From Candidatus Poribacteria bacterium (GTDB lineage Bacteria > Poribacteria > WGA-4E > PCPOR2b): a stretch of DNA of 64,000 nucleotides. The DNA lies in contig OZ242351.1 of assembly GCA_965208675.1 (NCBI GenBank), positions 1,056,001 to 1,120,000 of the forward strand, given 5' to 3'. The notes beneath the pieces are model-generated. The model saw nothing but the letters and a program-made list of their open reading frames with translations. It searched no databases and had not been told where the DNA came from. This document shows, one piece after another, positions 58,573 to 64,000 of this stretch. Position 1 is the first letter of the stretch. Each line of letters opens with the position of its first letter. A program made the position numbers and the translations under genes.

Positions 58573-61530
58573 TCAGTATCCCTGCTCATCGAAATTGTGG
58601 ACGCGCATGACTTCATTCCCGCGGGGGTCGATGACTTTGACGGCGACGCGTTGATGTTCGCCCGCGGGAAACGGCAAGGAGGTCGTGCCGCTGAAACTCT
58701 CAAAACGCTCCTCGTCAATAACGCCATTGAGGGCACGGGCAATTTTGCTCCAGGCTTTCTTGTCGGGAAAAAACGCTTGGGTAATGCAGAATGTCCTGCC
58801 GTCGTAGTCGCTGTCAATAAACCAGGCTGCTACCTGATCGGCGTCCGCGGGACTAACCGTGTTCTCCACCGGATTGTAAACGTCCACCCCCTCCATCCTG
58901 ACGATATATTCTCCATCCTCCAACGTTTCGATTGTCGTGCGCGGCGCGCCGAACACCGTGAACAGTTGACTCGAAGGCGTCTCCTTGAGTAAATCTCCCA
59001 TCGCCACGTCAGGGGTAATGAGCGCCATGTGAATTCGAATTCTCGAATTGGGATCTTCTTGAATAGCAGCCTGTGCTGCGCCGTCAAATCCGAAGCCCGC
59101 GAAGACCAAATCGTCGTACCCGCGTCGAAATGCAATTCGTATGCAGTCTTCAACCTGCATCGCCGTCACGGGACCGTGTTGAGGTCCAAACGCAACCGCA
59201 ATCCGGCATTCAGCAGTGTCATCTACCCAACTTCCTTCGGCGTGAAGGCTCTCACCTTCAAGCGGTTCAAGTGACGCGAATTTCATCCGCGTGTTGTTCG
59301 GAAAACTCACACCGTCATGTCTTAGCAGGCGTAGCATCTGATCCAGATACGCCTCGGCATTGGTGGGTTCGTGTTCCACATCCCCAGTTTCGAATGTATC
59401 CAAGTCATCCTCTGGTTCACCGCCAATCGGTGAATCAACGAAGAGCGATTCCTCGGCTGGCTGTACCGCCTCGACAGTGAAAGGACCGCTCACCCGCAGT
59501 TTCTTTGTGTCCACTTTTGGTTGATCGACCAATTCCTCGTTGTCGGCAGACGCGGCGATACACACATTCACGTCATCCATCTTCGCCCGCCACGCCTCGC
59601 GGTAATCGGTTAAAGCAACCTTTAAATCCGCGGTCCAAACGGGATCTGTATCAAACGGTACTTCCCACTCGTTCCATTGTCCTGCCGGTAATTCCCAGCG
59701 CCGCCGGTCGGCATCGGTGACGGCTTTTTTGCCCTCGCGTCGCTGTTTTTCTGCCAGCTTGGAGCGCAATACGGCGCGAGTCTCTGGAGTCACCGTCCCT
59801 AAAGCGCGGTTCAGTGTTTCCAGTTTGTCTTTGAGAATCGGTTCATATTTTGCTACGATGGGGTCAAGCGCTGTGTTTTGGGCGATGCTCTTGAGGGTAA
59901 TATGCGGAACGGTTCTGTTGATGAATCCGGCGGCGACGCCTTTCGATTCGTTCTTGAGTTGGTAGTATTTGAAGGTTCCTGTCAGTATACGCTGACGAGC
60001 AAGAGCGACCGCGACGCGGCTAGTATCAATGGTTATCCATCGTCTCCCCCACTGCTCTGCGACGCAAGCGGTGGTGCCACCTCCACAAGTTGGATCGAGT
60101 ACGAGATCGCCCGGGCCGGTCGTCATATGGAGAAGGCGTTCAATGATTTTAGTTGAAGTTTGGACAGCGTAATTAGGATGCGATTCGCCTGATGTGTCGT
60201 CCCAAAAGTTATTTATTCTCCTTCGTGGAATATCCTCCCAAAAAACAAAAGCACTTAACCTTCCACCATCGGACAAATTTAATCGTTGGGCTTTCTCCAG
60301 GCGTAGGATTTCTCCAGGACCAAATGCCCACTGGGCATTTGGTCCTGGAGAAATCTGGCGATTGCGCAGAATTAATGCACCACTCCGAGTATCACTAGGG
60401 TGTTGGCTTATTACACGATCGGCAGATTTGCACCACTTGCCACCTTCATCCAAAAGTTGTGTTTCCTCGGCGTCGGTTGAAGGTGTAATCAGGTCTCCGT
60501 GGATTGTCAGAACTCGATTGAATGTTTTGTCATTAGGACGCCGAATCTGGTCCGTCATGGTCCGGTAAAGGGTATGTAGCTTCGCATCTGATATATTCTT
60601 GACGTAATGCAATATGTAATCGTTGATTGCATTACCGGGCGTTGTGAAGTTCTTCTTTTTGAATACAATGGCAGCAAATGAATTTTCATTCCCAAACACC
60701 TCATCCATCAGACTCCGCACCCGATGGACGTTTTCGTCGCTAATCTGCACAAAGATGCTCCCACTGTCGGTTAACAGGTCCCTTGCGACAATCAGACGGT
60801 CGCGCAGATATGCGAGGTAGGAGTGAACGCCGAGCGTCCACGTGTCGCGGTAGGCTTTAATCTGTTCCCGTTCGCGCGTTAGGTCGCTCTCCTTGTCCTT
60901 CACATCTTTTTGAAAAACGGTGGGCTGGAAGTTTGAGCGGTAGTTGATTCCGTATGGTGGATCGATGTAAATCATCTGTACTTTCCCGGCGAGGTCTTCG
61001 CGGTGCGCCAGCGAACTCATCACGGTCAGGCTGTCACCCAAGATGAGGCGGTTCGACCAATCTACGTCGTGTTGGTAGGATTGCACCACTTCGTGGTACG
61101 CCTGTTGCGGGTCGGCGAACAGTTCGCGCTGCACATCTTCCCGCTGCGCCGCCTTCACGATAGCCTGTGCGCTCACGCGCTCGTGGATATGCAACGCCAC
61201 CGGATCGACGGCAAACGAGTTTGCCTCCTGTTTCCCCGCCCATTCTAGCCACGGGTCGTGGTGCCGCAACGCCGCCGCGAGGATTTGTACCTCCTCGGCG
61301 GAAAGCGGTTCACGCTGCGCCTTTTCGAGCAACGCCGGCAGTCGGTCAGCGTCCCCGCTCCCGTCAAATCGCAGAACAGGCGGAAGGTGCGGGTTATAGG
61401 CGTATTCTCGTTTCGGCGTTTCGCGAATCTTCGCATGTGAAGCAATCCCCGCCGGCGGATTATTCTTCCGCGTCGCCTCCTCGTGCCGGTAGTCTTTGAC
61501 TTCTGTATCCTGCCGTTGCTTTCGAGCCAT
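58573..61530 (-). CDS. Type III RM methyltransferase Mod
   Basis: LILGDSL, MIYIDPPYG, GSIFVQISDEN, VLDPTCGGGTT and VAVKVIDPRGNE motifs. Confidence 0.93.
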   Translation of the reverse strand: MARKQRQDTEVKDYRHEEATRKNNPPAGIASHAKIRETPKREYAYNPHLPPVLRFDGSGDADRLPALLEKAQREPLSAEEVQILAAALRHHDPWLEWAGKQEANSFAVDPVALHIHERVSAQAIVKAAQREDVQRELFADPQQAYHEVVQSYQHDVDWSNRLILGDSLTVMSSLAHREDLAGKVQMIYIDPPYGINYRSNFQPTVFQKDVKDKESDLTREREQIKAYRDTWTLGVHSYLAYLRDRLIVARDLLTDSGSIFVQISDENVHRVRSLMDEVFGNENSFAAIVFKKKNFTTPGNAINDYILHYVKNISDAKLHTLYRTMTDQIRRPNDKTFNRVLTIHGDLITPSTDAEETQLLDEGGKWCKSADRVISQHPSDTRSGALILRNRQISPGPNAQWAFGPGEILRLEKAQRLNLSDGGRLSAFVFWEDIPRRRINNFWDDTSGESHPNYAVQTSTKIIERLLHMTTGPGDLVLDPTCGGGTTACVAEQWGRRWITIDTSRVAVALARQRILTGTFKYYQLKNESKGVAAGFINRTVPHITLKSIAQNTALDPIVAKYEPILKDKLETLNRALGTVTPETRAVLRSKLAEKQRREGKKAVTDADRRRWELPAGQWNEWEVPFDTDPVWTADLKVALTDYREAWRAKMDDVNVCIAASADNEELVDQPKVDTKKLRVSGPFTVEAVQPAEESLFVDSPIGGEPEDDLDTFETGDVEHEPTNAEAYLDQMLRLLRHDGVSFPNNTRMKFASLEPLEGESLHAEGSWVDDTAECRIAVAFGPQHGPVTAMQVEDCIRIAFRRGYDDLVFAGFGFDGAAQAAIQEDPNSRIRIHMALITPDVAMGDLLKETPSSQLFTVFGAPRTTIETLEDGEYIVRMEGVDVYNPVENTVSPADADQVAAWFIDSDYDGRTFCITQAFFPDKKAWSKIARALNGVIDEERFESFSGTTSLPFPAGEHQRVAVKVIDPRGNEVMRVHNFDEQGY
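60307..60355. repeat. Perfect palindrome (24-bp arms, 1-nt loop) inside mod
   Basis: gatttctccaggaccaaatgccca-c-tgggcatttggtcctggagaaatc. Confidence 0.95.
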
Positions 61531-61594
61531 ATTGGTCTTTCCTTCTCTCAAATCTCAATGTTAGGGATTTGTTACTTGCCAATACCGATTAAAA

Positions 61595-62066
61595 CTAAAA
61601 CGTCCAACCCTCTCTTTCCATTAACCCTTGCAGATTTGTGCAGTCAACCCCAAAATGTTTACAAACATTTGGGATTTTCGGCGCGTTTTCCTTCCACTTT
61701 TCTTCGGTAACAACTCAGCCACGTACAAACTCCGCTTTTGCAATTACGAATGGATCTGCGCACGGACGACCCTTCAAGACATTTTTCCGGTTCACTAACT
61801 CCTGAAAATGCCGAACGGAGAAAATTTTGTTGACGAACAGCATTTCGACTGGTTCAGGCGGGGAAAAAAATGGCACCGTGGTCTTTTGCCCAATCAAATA
61901 TGTGGGAATGGTGTGCTTGAAGTTCTAGTTCTCTGCGGACCTCTCTTACAGAGACAATCTTTCCAATGGCTACCGCTTGATTGAACCTTTCCCAAAAAGT
62001 TGGGAATCGATCAGGATAATAACTGCCAAGTTCTCTGAAGCTGTTCGTGTCAAATACGTAAGCCAT
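61595..62066 (-). pseudogene. DUF4411/PIN-domain protein, disrupted by a +1 in a T7 run and an in-frame TGA
   Basis: YVFDTN..FPTFW..EV..EL / ADPFVIAKA..G*VVTEE..KIPNVCKHFGV..GWTF; TAATG coupling to the upstream gene. Confidence 0.85.
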
Positions 62067-63205
62067 TAGCCGGTCATCTTCCTCAGTAGGCAATCTTCCA
62101 GCCTAGGCAAATTTTTGACCTTGACATTCAAATGATCCGCAAGTTCTTCAATGGAACAACTTCCTTGATTATATCTACGGAACGCGAGTTCCAGAAATCT
62201 ATAACCTAGATAAACCGCGCGGGTATTGTAATAGTCGCCTCCCGTACCTTTTTGTGAATTAGCATGATGTGCTTTAGCCCATTGCTCTATCTTTTTTTTA
62301 TAGCCGTCAGATGTAAAGGTTCCCCGGTCGACTAGTTTCAACAAAATGACCGGTCGACTCACCTTATAATAACCTGCCAACTCCTCAATCACATCGTCAT
62401 TGTATACTGAATAATTTAGGCGAGTTTCCAAATGTTCAGAGGGCACCAAAAATTCGGCGGCAAATTGATTGCAAAAGACCTCAACTTGCTCACCTACTGG
62501 ATGGATGCCGCGCGTGATACCATTCTCTCCAAGCAGTAGGTGCGCTAACTCATGAAACAGTGAGAAAATCTGCCTCACAGGTGGTCTAGAATTGTTCAGG
62601 TAGATCACGGGAAACTGCTCATGGACAAGCGAAAAACCATCAACGAAATCATCCTGAAATGCGTCCTTGAAAACGAAGATTCCCTTTTCCTGAATGCAGT
62701 CCCTCCAGTTTTCGAAGGCTTCGGTCGAGTTTTTCCAATTTGCTTGCGTCTCAATACTAACGCTCAAATACTCCCGAACTCGACGTGCTAAGTCCGTTAT
62801 AGGGGCGCCAACTTGGACATGAAGGTCGCGAAAAATCTTCGTATCCACAGGATTTACGTCCATGATTAGTTCCATCAATGAAAGTTGCCTAGCGGCGGCA
62901 TGACGCAACAGCACATGGAGTCTCGGGTTTAGTTTCTCAATTTCCGAACTCCGCAATGAAAACTGGTCCGCTAGTTCGGGCTCTTGCGGAGCTTCGGGAA
63001 AGAAGAACAAGGCAATGGGACGTTTGAATTTATCAGCCAGTTTTTCAAGCTGGGCATAGGTCGGTGCACATTCCCCAGACTCCCAGTTGCAGATGGTTTC
63101 AATATTCTTATTGAGGAATTCAGCAACTTCCTTTTGCGTGTATCCTGAACGTTCTCTCGCCCACTTGATTATAGTAGGATTAACCCCTTGAACGTACTCG
63201 GGCAT
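62066..63205 (-). CDS. XRE-HTH + ImmA/IrrE (M78) metallopeptidase
   Basis: WARERSG..WESG..PTYAQLEKLA; RQIFSLFHELAHL; EVFCNQFAAEFLVP. Confidence 0.92.
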   Translation of the reverse strand: MPEYVQGVNPTIIKWARERSGYTQKEVAEFLNKNIETICNWESGECAPTYAQLEKLADKFKRPIALFFFPEAPQEPELADQFSLRSSEIEKLNPRLHVLLRHAAARQLSLMELIMDVNPVDTKIFRDLHVQVGAPITDLARRVREYLSVSIETQANWKNSTEAFENWRDCIQEKGIFVFKDAFQDDFVDGFSLVHEQFPVIYLNNSRPPVRQIFSLFHELAHLLLGENGITRGIHPVGEQVEVFCNQFAAEFLVPSEHLETRLNYSVYNDDVIEELAGYYKVSRPVILLKLVDRGTFTSDGYKKKIEQWAKAHHANSQKGTGGDYYNTRAVYLGYRFLELAFRRYNQGSCSIEELADHLNVKVKNLPRLEDCLLRKMTG

Positions 63206-63265
63206 AAATTCATCTCACAAATAAAATATAACGCAATGGAATGTTTTCGACGGCGGTAGCCTTTA

Positions 63266-64000
63266 GAGCCTGTTTGAAAAGTCATTTGATTCGATTTTGC
63301 ATTAAGTAAATGGAAGCGATGTACACCATAGTCTCAGCAGTCCTAGGATAGCGTTCATAATCCAAAGTCAATCGACGAAACCAACCAAGCCAAGAAAATG
63401 TGCGCTCAACAATCCATCGTAACGGGATAACTTCAAACTTCTGCTGTCCTAGCGTAGATGCAATCTCCAGTTGACATTGATGAGCAAAATATAACCAGTC
63501 TTCCAATTCTCCACGATAGGCGGCATCGGCACACACCAACTGAATGGTTATGTACCAGCTAAACACTTCTGTTAGTAACTCGATAGCAATCTGATTATCA
63601 CTGACATTCGCGTCAGTGACTTTGACCATCAATGGAATACCCGTCGTATCCGTTACTAGATGTCGTTTGCGTCCTTTGACCTTCTTGTGACCATCAAAAC
63701 CGCGAGTCGTCGCCAGTTCAGTTGTCTTAATGGATTGGCTGTCAATGATAGCTGCTGTCGGTGATGGTTCTTTGCCACCATCACAGCGTGATTGTTCGTG
63801 AAGTGCCTGATGAATCAAGAGCCATGTATTGTCGGCTTCCCACTTCCTAAAATGGTAATAGACGGTTTGCCACGGCGGCATATCGTATGGTAGCATTCGC
63901 CACTGGCAACCGGACTTGACGACATAAAAGATGGCATTGACAATTAAGTACATCTCCCATTTTAGAGGTCTACCTAATGGTTGAGGGGTTGGCAGAAACG
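63266..64000 (-). mobile_element. IS5-family insertion sequence (runs out of the window)
   Basis: Putative terminal IR GAGCCTGTTTGAAAA next to the transposase stop; other end not visible. Confidence 0.8.
63282..64000 (-). CDS. IS5-family DDE transposase (5' end outside window)
   Basis: GRP, GCQWRMLP, IIDSQSIK, GHKKVKGRKRH, ADAAY, RWIVERTFSWL and RRL..DYE motifs. Confidence 0.95.
   Translation of the reverse strand, partial: FLPTPQPLGRPLKWEMYLIVNAIFYVVKSGCQWRMLPYDMPPWQTVYYHFRKWEADNTWLLIHQALHEQSRCDGGKEPSPTAAIIDSQSIKTTELATTRGFDGHKKVKGRKRHLVTDTTGIPLMVKVTDANVSDNQIAIELLTEVFSWYITIQLVCADAAYRGELEDWLYFAHQCQLEIASTLGQQKFEVIPLRWIVERTFSWLGWFRRLTLDYERYPRTAETMVYIASIYLMQNRIK

Noticed and set aside
61715-61717. 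Selenocysteine readthrough of the TGA in the PIN gene
   Set aside because: No evident SECIS hairpin downstream, and the gene carries an independent upstream frameshift.
1-64000. CRISPR array, tRNA, rRNA, retron or DGR
   Set aside because: No regularly spaced repeat-spacer array, cloverleaf, rRNA-like tract or reverse transcriptase seen; the ~31-nt motif is dispersed, not arrayed.

Overview
This 64-kb bacterial window is gene-dense. Its content strongly suggests Candidatus Poribacteria or a close relative (inference): six PhyH-family dioxygenases, four secreted LamG proteins with a shared KLAxxWxxIK tail, a TPR + CRTAC1/ASPIC pair and a PQQ-type propeller. Housekeeping and metabolic genes (purH, Fe-ADH, HpcH aldolase, XdhC, GlmL-like, BtpA, HAL2-type nucleotidase, deoC-like, GH32, RND) are interleaved with four accessory blocks. 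(1) 15.4-24.5 kb: an orphan phage terminase pair with no portal, capsid or integrase. It has its own consensus promoter, a structured attenuator-like leader and repeated GTGTAA boxes, followed by a Type IIG-like RM gene broken by one stop and an ART-like ORF. (2) 25.4-30.3 kb: a doubled nfeD-nfeD-floA-floA operon. (3) 38-50 kb: an array of LamG/PhyH cassettes built by tandem and inverted duplication. (4) 52.9-64 kb: a defence island with a Type III RM carrying two membrane genes between mod and res, a perfect 49-bp palindrome in the Mod variable region, an IrrE/ImmA plus broken PIN pair, and IS5. Intergenic DNA carries several repeat families: REP doublets, IS5-like MITEs, heptamer arrays and a ~31-nt non-palindromic motif that abuts other repeats. 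No rRNA, tRNA or CRISPR array was seen. All family assignments come from motif recognition by eye, not database searches.
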